In this document: in pieces, positions 1 through 11,065 of the stretch | How the letters are laid out: each line of letters begins with the position of its first letter | Position numbering within the stretch: position 1 is the stretch's first letter | DNA from: Rickettsiales bacterium UBA1997 | Lineage (GTDB): Bacteria; Pseudomonadota; Alphaproteobacteria; Rickettsiales; UBA1997 | Assembly (NCBI GenBank): GCA_964202895.1 | Contig: CAXNJM010000001.1 | Coordinates: forward strand, 254,943-318,942 | Direction of reading: 5' to 3' | DNA length: 64,000 nt | The notes under the pieces: model-generated | Databases searched by the model: none | The model's input: the letters and a program-made list of their open reading frames with translations, nothing else | What the model was told of the DNA's origin: nothing | Position numbers and translations under genes: made by a program

Positions 1-282
1 AATTTTAATAACTCAATAATTTCAACTTCTAATAATAGCGATGTTTTTGATGATATATTATTCTATAAAACTAGAAATCAATTAGTACAAGATTTTTCTG
101 CATTTAATTTAATACCTTGTCAGGCTACAACTACGACAATAAGCGGTTTTAATTGGCCATTAGCAAATCATGGGGAAATAGCTCAAGCAACTACCGGTTG
201 TTCGGTTAATGCTGTTAAACCAACTAAAAGATGTGGATTTTTTGGTATTTGGGAAGAGGGTCTGATTTCTAGCTGTCCTTAA
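1..282 (+). CDS. 3' end of a gene running in from the left edge; probably a pilin/pseudopilin-like secreted protein
   Basis: Frame 1 is open from base 1 to TAA at 280-282: ...SDVFDDILFYKTRNQLVQDF...IPC...C...KRCGFFGIWEEGLISSCP. An FDDI-x-Y motif followed by a Cys-containing tail recalls prepilin-type proteins; the N-terminus is not visible. Confidence 0.5.
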   Translation, partial: NFNNSIISTSNNSDVFDDILFYKTRNQLVQDFSAFNLIPCQATTTTISGFNWPLANHGEIAQATTGCSVNAVKPTKRCGFFGIWEEGLISSCP

Positions 283-392
283 ATTATTAAAAAATTAAAT
301 TTTAATAATTGTAAAAATTAGTTGCAGAAAAAAATCAATATTTTATTTTGTATCTTTTAATCTTAATTAACACATAAAACTTATACATTCAT

Positions 393-1316
393 ATGAATCT
401 AACTCCTCAAGTTAAAAAAATCTTATCTCATTATGAATCAGATAATCCTGGAACAAAAGCCAATTTAGCAAAATTTTTAATGAGCGGAAAATTAGCCGGA
501 ACCGGAAAAATGGTTATATTGCCAGTCGATCAGGGGTTTGAGCATGGTCCAGCTAGAAGCTTTGCGATTAATCCCGATTCTTACGATCCTTATTATCATT
601 TTCAACTCGCAATTGATGCTGGCTTAAATGGTTACGCTGCTCCCTTAGGTATGATAGAATGCGGAGCAAATAATTTTGCTGGCACTATTCCATTAATTTT
701 AAAAATTAATAGCTCTAATTCTCTTTATAATGGAGGAACGGCTCCACATCAAGCAACAACAGCATCGGTAAAAGATGCCCTACGACTTGGTTGTTCTGCA
801 ATCGGCTACACTATATACCCAGCTTCCGATGCTGCTTTTGATATGATAGAAGAATTAAGAGAACTAACTCTTGAAGCTAAATCGCATGGTCTTGCGGTTG
901 TTGTGTGGTCTTATCCTCGTGGAGGAGATTTATCAAAAATAGGTGAAACTGCAGTCGATATTTGTGCATATGCCGCTCATATTGCCGCTTTAACAGGTGC
1001 TCATATAATTAAAGTTAAGCCACCGACTCAAGCTCTTGAAAATCTTGATGCAATTAAAGTTTACGAAAAAACTAAAATTCCTATTGAAACCCTAGAGCAA
1101 AGAGTTAGGCACATCATGCAAACTACTTTTAACGGAAAAAGAATAGTTATATTCTCTGGCGGTAGCTCTAAAAATGAAGAAGAAATATACAGTGAAATAT
1201 CTGAAATACATAAAGGCGGTGGAAACGGTTCAATCATTGGTAGAAACACATTTCAAAGACCAAGAGCAGAGGCTCTAAAATTGCTTGAAAATATTATCAA
1301 AATTTATCAGCAATAA
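393..1316 (+). CDS. fbaB: Class I fructose-bisphosphate aldolase (DhnA/FbaB family)
   Basis: ILPVDQGFEHGP, VVWSYPRG, HIIKVK (Schiff-base Lys) and GSIIGRN motifs. Confidence 0.92.
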   Translation: MNLTPQVKKILSHYESDNPGTKANLAKFLMSGKLAGTGKMVILPVDQGFEHGPARSFAINPDSYDPYYHFQLAIDAGLNGYAAPLGMIECGANNFAGTIPLILKINSSNSLYNGGTAPHQATTASVKDALRLGCSAIGYTIYPASDAAFDMIEELRELTLEAKSHGLAVVVWSYPRGGDLSKIGETAVDICAYAAHIAALTGAHIIKVKPPTQALENLDAIKVYEKTKIPIETLEQRVRHIMQTTFNGKRIVIFSGGSSKNEEEIYSEISEIHKGGGNGSIIGRNTFQRPRAEALKLLENIIKIYQQ

Positions 1317-1324
1317 ATTTAATA

Positions 1325-2086
1325 ATGAAAAACAAGTCAGCAATAAAATCTATTATTCTTTCGATGGCTATTTTAGGCTTGTCATCTTGTGCTAAAAACT
1401 GGAGCTACGAAGGTTCTTCATCTCCAGAATTTTGGCACAAGATTAATAAAGAATATAAATTTTGTAAAATTGGCTACAATCAATCGCCAATTGATATCGT
1501 TAATCAAAAGTTTAATAAAATTGATTTTGAAATTATTAATAATAAAGATATTGCTGTTAAGGCAAATCAAGAGCATAATTTTATCAAATTCAATATTGAA
1601 GATAGCTCGGAAATAAAATTTCGTAATAAAATTTATAAAGCTAAGCATATTATATTTCGTCATCCTAGCGAGCATTTTGTAAATAGCGAACAGCATTCTA
1701 TTGAAATGCAAATATCATATAAAAGTGAAGATGATCAATATTTTCAATTGGCTATCTTTCTAGAATTAGATAAAAAAAATCATGAAATTGATAATAAAAA
1801 TCTAGAGCCGATAATTAATCTGCCAGCAATCAATTTGATTGAGAAGCAAGAAAAACAATTAAACGAATATAAAATAAATTTAGGCAATTTTATTAATTTA
1901 AAAGACAAAGTATTTGCTTATGAAGGCTCTCTTACAAACCCTCCCTGCACTGAAAGTGTAAAATGGAGAATATTTAAAAAGCCAATAATAATCTCTAAAA
2001 GTCAAATGAATAAAATAATTAAATTGGCTCTTTTTAATAAATCGAATAACCGTCCATTGCAAAAATTTAATCCTTCGCAATACTAA
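1325..2086 (+). CDS. Alpha-carbonic anhydrase-like lipoprotein, probably catalytically inactive
   Basis: Lipobox LSSC; alpha-CA motifs WSY-G, C..G..QSPIDI, PSEH, YEGSLTNPPC.E.V.W and N.RPLQ; Zn-binding His positions substituted. Confidence 0.85.
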   Translation: MKNKSAIKSIILSMAILGLSSCAKNWSYEGSSSPEFWHKINKEYKFCKIGYNQSPIDIVNQKFNKIDFEIINNKDIAVKANQEHNFIKFNIEDSSEIKFRNKIYKAKHIIFRHPSEHFVNSEQHSIEMQISYKSEDDQYFQLAIFLELDKKNHEIDNKNLEPIINLPAINLIEKQEKQLNEYKINLGNFINLKDKVFAYEGSLTNPPCTESVKWRIFKKPIIISKSQMNKIIKLALFNKSNNRPLQKFNPSQY

Positions 2087-2418
2087 TTATAATTAATTGG
2101 TTTATTATAAATAATCTCCACCTCCTTCTTGTTAAATGAAAAGCTGAACCGCTAGATTTTTCCTCTTCCGCCAGCAATAAATCAACTAACTTTTGACAGC
2201 TAGTGATTTCTACTCCATGCCTATTGCCAGAAGCATTAGAAATATTATTTTTTTGTACTTAATTAAATTTGATTAAAATTTTTCTTGATTTATTAAAAAA
2301 ATAATTTAGATAGATTAACTTTAATTATAAAGCTGATTTTTACTAGAAATTAATAAATTTGAATAAAATATCTTAAAACCGCTTGTTAATTTATAATTAA
2401 TCAATAAAAACATTTTAA

Positions 2419-3875
<1,457 letters not shown>

Positions 3876-3876
<1 letters not shown>

Positions 3877-4127
3877 TGTCAATAAACATTGAAATTACAA
3901 CCCCTAAAGAGATATCTTTTAAAGGCTCTTGTTATCTCGTAATATTGCCAACAATTAGCGGTGAAGTTGGAATTATGCAAGGTCATGAATCTTTTGTTTC
4001 AAGGCTTTGCGAAGGAGAAATAAAACTATACAATCAATCAGAAGAAATAGTGGAAATTTTTAAAATAACTGGTGGTTTTTGCAAGATAAATGATTACAAT
4101 AATCTATCAATATTAACCGACGAATAA
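3876..4127 (+). CDS. atpC: ATP synthase epsilon subunit, N-terminal beta domain only
   Basis: EITTP, LPTISGEVGIMQGH and ITGGF motifs; overlaps the atpD stop (TAATG). Confidence 0.9.
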
Positions 4128-4201
4128 AGGCTTTTTAATTGTTTGGCAATATTTAAAATCGCTAAACAATTAAAAATAGCATAATTTACTACAAAATAAA
4201 A

Positions 4202-5209
4202 ATGCAAAAAGAAGCAAATCTACCATTTAATAAATCAATAGCACCTCTTCTAAATGATATTCTTGAAGTTGTAGAGCAGGCATCAATATCCTGTTATGAT
4301 TGGATAGGTAAAGGAGATAATCACCTTGCAGATCAAGCTGCGGTCAACTCAATGAGGTTAAGTTTAAATAAAATGCCAATTAGTGGTAGAATAGTAATTG
4401 GCGAAGGAGAAAGAGACGAAGCCCCAATGCTTTATATTGGAGAAAAAGTAGGTCTTTACAAAGAAAACCCTAATCAAAGCCCGTTTCCTGAAATAGATAT
4501 TGCTCTTGATCCTCTTGAAGGAACAACAATTTGTGCTAATAATGCCCCAAATTCATTAGCAGTATGTGCATTTACAACAAGAGGCTCTTTTCTTCATGCT
4601 CCAGATGTATACATGGAAAAAATTGCAATTGGTCCAAATTTACCAGAGGGAGTGATTGATCTTGATAATTCTGTTTTTAATAATCTAAAAAATCTTGCAT
4701 TGGCTAAAAAATGCAACATAAGCGATTTAACCGCGATAATCCTAGAGAGATCTCGTCATAAAGAGTTAATAGCAAAGGTTCGTGAAGCGGGAGCAAGGAT
4801 TAGTCTAATTGGTGATGGTGATATTGCTGGAGTTATATCTTGTGCCAATAAAGATGCAAACGGTGACATATATCTTGGTAGTGGTGGTGCTCCAGAAGGA
4901 GTTCTGGGTGCATCTGCATTAAGAATAATGGGCGGACAAATTTTTGGTAGATTAATATTCGGCGGAGATTTAAAGCAAATTAATAGAGCCAAAAATATGG
5001 GTATTTCTGATGTTAACAAAAAATATGATATCTTTGATATGACTGGTGGAAAAGAAAATAATCAAATTATCTTTGCTTGCTCTGGAGTTACAAATGGCGA
5101 TATGGTTGATGGAGTAATAAAATGCAAAAATTTTATCAAAGTAAATTCTTTAATTATGAATCTTGAAAAAAAGCAAATTCATAATATTGAAACTAAGTTT
5201 TTAATATAA
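4202..5209 (+). CDS. glpX: Class II fructose-1,6-bisphosphatase
   Basis: VIGEGERDEAPML, DPLEGT, DGD and GGAPEGV motifs. Confidence 0.96.
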   Translation: MQKEANLPFNKSIAPLLNDILEVVEQASISCYDWIGKGDNHLADQAAVNSMRLSLNKMPISGRIVIGEGERDEAPMLYIGEKVGLYKENPNQSPFPEIDIALDPLEGTTICANNAPNSLAVCAFTTRGSFLHAPDVYMEKIAIGPNLPEGVIDLDNSVFNNLKNLALAKKCNISDLTAIILERSRHKELIAKVREAGARISLIGDGDIAGVISCANKDANGDIYLGSGGAPEGVLGASALRIMGGQIFGRLIFGGDLKQINRAKNMGISDVNKKYDIFDMTGGKENNQIIFACSGVTNGDMVDGVIKCKNFIKVNSLIMNLEKKQIHNIETKFLI

Positions 5210-5238
5210 CGGCAAACTAAAATCATAAAAGGAGAAAA

Positions 5239-5730
5239 ATGAGCTCTATAAGCATAATAAATCAATATATAAAAGATTTATCAATTGAACTGCCACATTC
5301 ACCGCAAATATTCTTAAAACAATACGGAAAGCCAAATATTAACATTTCTATCGATATAGATGCTAAAAAATTAATTAACGACGAAAATAAAGAAGAAGAT
5401 AAAAAAATTTTTGAGGTTATACTTAAAATATCAGCAGAAGCTACTATAGCATCTGAATCCAAAGATAATTCAAAAAAAGAAGAAAAATTATTTATTCTTG
5501 AAATATCTTATGCAGGATTATTCCAAATTAACGAAGAAAATTCAGAAATAATTGAGCAAATATTATTAATTTATTGCCCCAATTTATTATTTCCATTCTT
5601 AAGAAGAATAGCTTCCAATGTTGTTGGAGATGCTGGATTGCCTCCTTTGATGCTAGAGCCAATTGATTTTAATGATTTATATAATCGCAGAGTAAAACAA
5701 AACAAAGAAGAAGATAAGCAAATCAATTAA
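5239..5730 (+). CDS. secB: Protein export chaperone SecB
   Basis: QYIKDLS.E.P, YAGLF, CPNLLFPF.R and PPLML.PIDF motifs. Confidence 0.95.
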   Translation: MSSISIINQYIKDLSIELPHSPQIFLKQYGKPNINISIDIDAKKLINDENKEEDKKIFEVILKISAEATIASESKDNSKKEEKLFILEISYAGLFQINEENSEIIEQILLIYCPNLLFPFLRRIASNVVGDAGLPPLMLEPIDFNDLYNRRVKQNKEEDKQIN

Positions 5731-5805
5731 AATTTATATTTTTATTTATAATCAAAAAATATAAATTCATAAAGAATAATTTTTTACGACATTTACAATT
5801 AAATT

Positions 5806-6969
5806 ATGAAAAAAATTAATCTCCCTTTGTTATTTTTATTGTTATTGCTACCTAACTTATTGAGTGCTAAAGAGTATTATAAATTTGACAAAAATCATAC
5901 TAGCATAACTTGGCAAGTTAGTCATTTCGGATTCTCTAGCCCATCTGGAAAATTTGTTGATGTTGACGGAGGTTTTTTTATAAACAAAGCAAAATTACAA
6001 GAGAGTTGGGTTAATATAAATATAAATATCAATAACATATCAACAGGAATCGCAAAATTTGATGAGCATTTAAAAGGAATAGATTTTTTTGATGCAAAAC
6101 ATTTTCCAAATGCTAATTTTCAAAGCACTAAGATTGAAAATATTAATAAAAATTCAGCAAAAATAATTGGCAACTTAACTATAAAAAACGTCATTAAAGA
6201 AGTAACTTTAAATATAAAACTTAACAAAATTGGAATTAACCCATTTACTCAAAAGAAAACCGCAGGATTTAGCGGGGAAACATCCTTCAAAAGAAGCGAT
6301 TTCGGTATTAATTTTGCCATTCCGGGAGTTTCAGATACAGTAAAAATTTATATTGAAGCAGAGGGTAATTTATCAGAAACACCAAAAGATATATCAAAAA
6401 TAAAAAATTATAAACAAAAAGAAGAGCTTTCCAATCAAGAAAAAGTTGCTAAAAAAATGAAGATAAAAGAATGGAATATCATTGATTCAAAAAGCTCAAT
6501 TGAAATTTTAACAAATCAAAATAAAAGTTCAATTAATGGAAATTTTAAAAAATTTTCAGGCAAAATATTCTTTGATCAGCTATTTCCGACATATAGCTTT
6601 ATTGAATTTGAGGTTGATACTAATTCTATTGAATTAAGCTTCGAAGAAGCGGTAGAAGCTGTTAAAAATAATATTTGGCTTGATAGCATTAAATTTCCTA
6701 AGGCACTTTTTCGCTCTACCTCAATAGCAAAAATTAGTGATAAAAAATTTTTACTATCAGGAGTATTGACAATTAAAGGCATTTCCAGAAATATCAGCAC
6801 AACATTTAATTTACAAGAGATTAACTCCAGAGAATTAATTGCAGAGGGAGATTTTACTATTAATCGTCTAGATTTTGGCATCGGAAACAATAAAGATAAT
6901 CAGTCAAAATCTATAGATCAATTAGTTGTAATAAAATTCAGAATTGCCGGAGAAAATATATTATTTTAA
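5806..6969 (+). CDS. Secreted protein with two tandem YceI (polyisoprenoid-binding) domains
   Basis: Signal peptide; domain 1 has HFGFS..G.F, D.HL...DFFD, GNLTIK and RSDFG; domain 2 has GNF..FSG, WLD..KFP, GVLTIKG and RLDFGIG. Confidence 0.88.
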   Translation: MKKINLPLLFLLLLLPNLLSAKEYYKFDKNHTSITWQVSHFGFSSPSGKFVDVDGGFFINKAKLQESWVNINININNISTGIAKFDEHLKGIDFFDAKHFPNANFQSTKIENINKNSAKIIGNLTIKNVIKEVTLNIKLNKIGINPFTQKKTAGFSGETSFKRSDFGINFAIPGVSDTVKIYIEAEGNLSETPKDISKIKNYKQKEELSNQEKVAKKMKIKEWNIIDSKSSIEILTNQNKSSINGNFKKFSGKIFFDQLFPTYSFIEFEVDTNSIELSFEEAVEAVKNNIWLDSIKFPKALFRSTSIAKISDKKFLLSGVLTIKGISRNISTTFNLQEINSRELIAEGDFTINRLDFGIGNNKDNQSKSIDQLVVIKFRIAGENILF

Positions 6970-7036
6970 TTTTTTCTCAATCAAATGGTTATATCGCAAC
7001 ACAATCATTACTTATCGCATTAAATTATATTTTAAA

Positions 7037-9778
7037 ATGAATAAAAATAACCAAGAAAATACAGAAATAATGATCGAAAAAAAGAATCAACTTTCAGAAA
7101 AATATAATCATCAAGAAATCGAGCCGAAATGGCAAAAATACTGGCTTGATAATGAAATATATCATTGGAAGAATGATAAAAATAAAGATGAAACTTTTGT
7201 GATAGACACTCCTCCTCCAACAGTTTCTGGAATGTTGCATATGGGGCATATTTTTTCTTATAGTCAAGCCGATTTTGTGGCAAGATTTCAAAGAATGTTA
7301 GGTAAAGATGTTTTTTATCCAATTGGCTTTGATGATAACGGCTTGCCAACAGAAAGATTAGTTGAAAAAGTAATTAATCAAAAAGCCAATATTTTTGAAC
7401 AAGAAAATGGTCGCGGATCCTTTGTAAGAAAGTGTCAAGAAGTTGTTGTTGATGCAGAGAAAGAATTTGAAGAATTGTTCAACACCATCGCCCTTTCAGT
7501 TGATTGGAGGCAAAAATATCAAACCATTTCGCCAGAATCGCAAAAAATTTCACAAGCAAGTTTTGTTGATTTGTTCAATAAAAAATTTGTTGAGAGAAGA
7601 TTTGCCCCCGTGCTTTGGGATTGCGTGGATAGAACCGCCTTGTCGCAAGCAGATTTGGTTGACCGCGAAATGCCAAGCGCAATGCATGAAATTATTTTTG
7701 AGGTTGAAGGAAGTGATCAGCCAATCACCATCGCTACAACAAGGCCAGAGCTTCTGCCTGCTTGTGTTGCCGTTATGGTTAATAATAATGATCAAAGTTA
7801 TAAACATTTGTTCAAAGATATCGAATTTGGTCAACAGGGTTTCACAGGTCATTATGCCATCACCGCCTTATTTGGCGTTAAAGTACGAATCATCGCAGAT
7901 GATTTGGTGCAGACGGAAAAAGGAACGGGAGCAGTTATGTGTTGCACCTTTGGTGATGAAACAGATATTAAATGGTGGCAGAAACATAAATTAGAAACAC
8001 GAGTTATTTTAGGTGGGGATGGAAAAATGACTGAATCATTTCACGCTCCCAAGCCAGAAGAAAACAAAGAAAAAAATAATATTTTATTTTGGCATGGCGG
8101 ATTTATTAAGGATGAGCAATGTTTAAATTTGGATAATTTTGAAAAATTGTATGAACAAATTATTTCTGGCAAAAAAATCAAAGAAGCTCGTGATGAAATC
8201 ATCAAAAACCTATCCGAAAAAAAACTCCTGATAAAATCAACTCCAATAACTCACTCGGTCAAATGTGGAGAACGATCTGGCGCGCCAATTGAAATTTTAA
8301 CAATGCCGCAATGGTTCATCAAAATCCTTGATAAAAAAGAAGCGCTCAAAGCCAAAGCGAATCAATGCAGTTGGTTTCCTGAATATATGAAAATAAGGCT
8401 TGAGCAATGGATTGATGGCTTGGCTTGGGATTGGTGCATTTCTCGTCAAAGGTTTTTTGGGGTAAAATTTCCAGTATGGTATTCCAAAAGAAAAGGGGAA
8501 GAAGGAAGAATCTTGATTGCTGATTATAGAAAATTACCAGTTGACCCTTTGATTGATTTGCCAGAAGGATATTCTCGTGATGAAGTGGTTGCCGAAACCG
8601 ATATTATGGATACTTGGGCAACCTCATCAATTTCTCCACAGCTTTCTAGTAAGGGAATAAGCAAGGAAATTGTTTTTGACGAATCTAGACACAATAAATT
8701 GTTTCCCGCTGATTTAAGGCCACAAGCGCACGAGATTATACGCACTTGGGCGTTTTATACTATTGCCAAAGCTTATTTGCATAGCTTGCCAAATAAAAAT
8801 GACCCCTCCCAGCAATCACAGATTGCTACCCTCCCTCAAGGTGAGGGTGATAAGAGTGTGCCTTGGAAAAATTTGATGATTTCTGGTTGGTGCCTTGCTT
8901 CCGATAAAACTAAAATGAGTAAGTCAAAAGGCAATATTATAACCCCCACAAGCTTAATAAAAGAAAAAGGTTCTGATGTTGTAAGATATTGGGCTTCCGC
9001 TTCCAATCTTGGCGCTGATATTGCTTATAGCGAAGAAGTCTTTAAAATCGGGCAAAAATTAATTACAAAATTATTCAACTCTGCTAAATTTTGCTCAATG
9101 AATTTTCATCTTCTAAAGGATGATGCGGAAATTTGCGAAGGCTTTGATCACTGGATTCTAGGAAAATTAAATCAAGCTATAGAAAATTCAAAAAAAGAAT
9201 TTTTAAAATTTGAATATGCTAAAGCAAGAGAAATTATCGAAGAATTTTTTTGGCACTATTTTTGCGATAATTATCTCGAAATTTGCAAAGTTCGTTCTTA
9301 CGGATTAAATGCTGAAAAAATCGCAAATAACGACTTAAATGAAGCGGAAAAGGAACTAATTGTAAAAAAGCAACAAAGTGCAATTAAAACCCTTCAAATT
9401 TGCCTTAATGCCATTCTAAAGCTTTTTGCACCCTTTATTCCTCATATTTGCGAAGAAATTTATTCAATAGTTTTTGAGAAAGAATTTATTGATAAAAAAT
9501 CAATTCACTCTAGAGGAAATATTGCTTTGATTGAAGAAAATATTGCCATTGAAACTAATTTTATATCATTAGGAGATAAGGCTCTGGAGATAATTTTTGA
9601 AGTTAGAAAATGGAAATCAGAAAGAAATTTATCAATGAAAACCACTATTAATAATTTAACCATTATAAATAATCAAAATATTTATCCAATAGAGGTAGAT
9701 GTAGCAAATGTTTGTAATGCATTAAATGTTGATTATAAAAATGATGAAAATAACCATTTAATTGAAATAAATAATTAA
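7037..9778 (+). CDS. valS: Valine--tRNA ligase (archaeal-type/type 2, as in Rickettsiales)
   Basis: IDTPPPTVSG.LHMGH, DWCISRQRFFG, LRPQAHEIIRTW and KMSKS; ATG at 7037 preferred over the upstream TTG, which overlaps the YceI gene. Confidence 0.97.
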   Translation: MNKNNQENTEIMIEKKNQLSEKYNHQEIEPKWQKYWLDNEIYHWKNDKNKDETFVIDTPPPTVSGMLHMGHIFSYSQADFVARFQRMLGKDVFYPIGFDDNGLPTERLVEKVINQKANIFEQENGRGSFVRKCQEVVVDAEKEFEELFNTIALSVDWRQKYQTISPESQKISQASFVDLFNKKFVERRFAPVLWDCVDRTALSQADLVDREMPSAMHEIIFEVEGSDQPITIATTRPELLPACVAVMVNNNDQSYKHLFKDIEFGQQGFTGHYAITALFGVKVRIIADDLVQTEKGTGAVMCCTFGDETDIKWWQKHKLETRVILGGDGKMTESFHAPKPEENKEKNNILFWHGGFIKDEQCLNLDNFEKLYEQIISGKKIKEARDEIIKNLSEKKLLIKSTPITHSVKCGERSGAPIEILTMPQWFIKILDKKEALKAKANQCSWFPEYMKIRLEQWIDGLAWDWCISRQRFFGVKFPVWYSKRKGEEGRILIADYRKLPVDPLIDLPEGYSRDEVVAETDIMDTWATSSISPQLSSKGISKEIVFDESRHNKLFPADLRPQAHEIIRTWAFYTIAKAYLHSLPNKNDPSQQSQIATLPQGEGDKSVPWKNLMISGWCLASDKTKMSKSKGNIITPTSLIKEKGSDVVRYWASASNLGADIAYSEEVFKIGQKLITKLFNSAKFCSMNFHLLKDDAEICEGFDHWILGKLNQAIENSKKEFLKFEYAKAREIIEEFFWHYFCDNYLEICKVRSYGLNAEKIANNDLNEAEKELIVKKQQSAIKTLQICLNAILKLFAPFIPHICEEIYSIVFEKEFIDKKSIHSRGNIALIEENIAIETNFISLGDKALEIIFEVRKWKSERNLSMKTTINNLTIINNQNIYPIEVDVANVCNALNVDYKNDENNHLIEINN
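8802..8850 (+). repeat. REP/RPE-like palindromic element inserted in frame in valS
   Basis: acccctccc-AGCAATC aca GATTGCT-ACCCTC cctcaaggt GAGGGT: two hairpins, GC-rich against the background; encodes extra peptide PSQQSQIATLPQGEG. Confidence 0.65.
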
Positions 9779-9946
9779 AAATTTCATTATAAATTGCTTG
9801 ATTTTCAAAGGCGGGATACTTAGAATTCATTGTATTTTCATAATTTTCAAGTAGATAATACCAAATCCAATCTTTAAAGTTTTAAAAAATATTAAAGTTG
9901 AGATTTTGTATAAAATCATCTTTAACAACATAAAAATTAATCAATA

Positions 9947-10438
9947 ATGCCAAGCTTTGATATTGTTTCCAAAATCAATTTACAAGAAGTTGATAATGCA
10001 GTAAATTCAGTGCTCAGAGAGCTCACTAATCGTTACGATTTTAAAGGAGCAAAATTTTCCATTGAATTGAAAAATAAAGAAAATGAAATTATTATTAATG
10101 CAGAAGATGAATATAAATTAAATCAAATCAATGATTCATTAAAAGTTTTTGCAACTAAAAGAGGTGTGGATGTTAAATCTCTTGACTTTCAAAAAGCAGA
10201 ATCTGCAACTGGTAATTCATTTAGACAAACAGTGAAACTCAAAAATGGCATAGATCAAGATAATGCTAAAAAAATAATCAAAGAAATAAAAGATAAGAAA
10301 ATGAAGGTTCAGGCATCGATTCGTGGCGAAGAAGTTAGGGTTGAAGGAAAAAAAAGAGACGAACTGCAAGAGGCGATGGAAATTATTCGTTCCAGTAATT
10401 TCGATTTAGCTATACAATTCATTAATTTTCGCGATTAG
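9947..10438 (+). CDS. yajQ: YajQ family nucleotide/c-di-GMP-binding protein
   Basis: MPSFDIVS, RYDFKG, GKKRD.LQ and QF.NFRD motifs. Confidence 0.96.
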   Translation: MPSFDIVSKINLQEVDNAVNSVLRELTNRYDFKGAKFSIELKNKENEIIINAEDEYKLNQINDSLKVFATKRGVDVKSLDFQKAESATGNSFRQTVKLKNGIDQDNAKKIIKEIKDKKMKVQASIRGEEVRVEGKKRDELQEAMEIIRSSNFDLAIQFINFRD

Positions 10439-10446
10439 TTAAATAA

Positions 10447-11058
10447 ATGCTTACCCTTGAAAATATATCATATAATCGTCAATTTATATCGATTTTTAAA
10501 GATATTGGATTTTCAATTGGGTGCGGTTCAGGATTAATAATCAAAGGTAGTAATGGAATTGGCAAAACAACTTTATTGCAAATTATCGCGGGGCTAATTC
10601 AACAAGATGAAGGTAAAATACTGTGGCAACAAGAAGAAGTTAAGTATTTTCGTGAGTATTTTAACGGCGATATGCAATTTATAACTTGCCAAAATTTCCT
10701 AAAACCACAATTATCAATTCGTAGCAATCTTCAATTTTATGCTAAATTATCAGCAACCTTTGAAGCAGTAGAATCGGCAATTAATTTTTTTAAACTCACT
10801 GATTTTGCTGAAACTCCAGTAAAATATTTATCTTCTGGAGTTAAGCAAAGAGCTAAATTAGCTAAATTACTCGCCTGCCCCGCTACATTATGGCTATTAG
10901 ATGAGCCTTCTAATCATCTCGATGAAGAAGGTGCTAATTTGCTAAAAAGCCTTATTCTGACTAGAATAAAAGAAAATGGCATTGTAATAGTAGCTACACA
11001 TGATAAATTTTTATTTGATATTGGTCCAAATATAAATTTACAAGATTTTAAACATTAA
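10447..11058 (+). CDS. ccmA: Heme ABC exporter ATP-binding protein CcmA
   Basis: GSNGIGKTTLL, LSSG..QR, LWLLDEP and VATH; about 200 aa. Confidence 0.85.
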   Translation: MLTLENISYNRQFISIFKDIGFSIGCGSGLIIKGSNGIGKTTLLQIIAGLIQQDEGKILWQQEEVKYFREYFNGDMQFITCQNFLKPQLSIRSNLQFYAKLSATFEAVESAINFFKLTDFAETPVKYLSSGVKQRAKLAKLLACPATLWLLDEPSNHLDEEGANLLKSLILTRIKENGIVIVATHDKFLFDIGPNINLQDFKH

Positions 11059-11065
11059 GAACCTT

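Noticed and set aside
6944-7036. N-terminal extension of valS from the TTG at 6944
   Set aside because: It overlaps the YceI gene and resembles spacer translation; the ATG at 7037 fits better.
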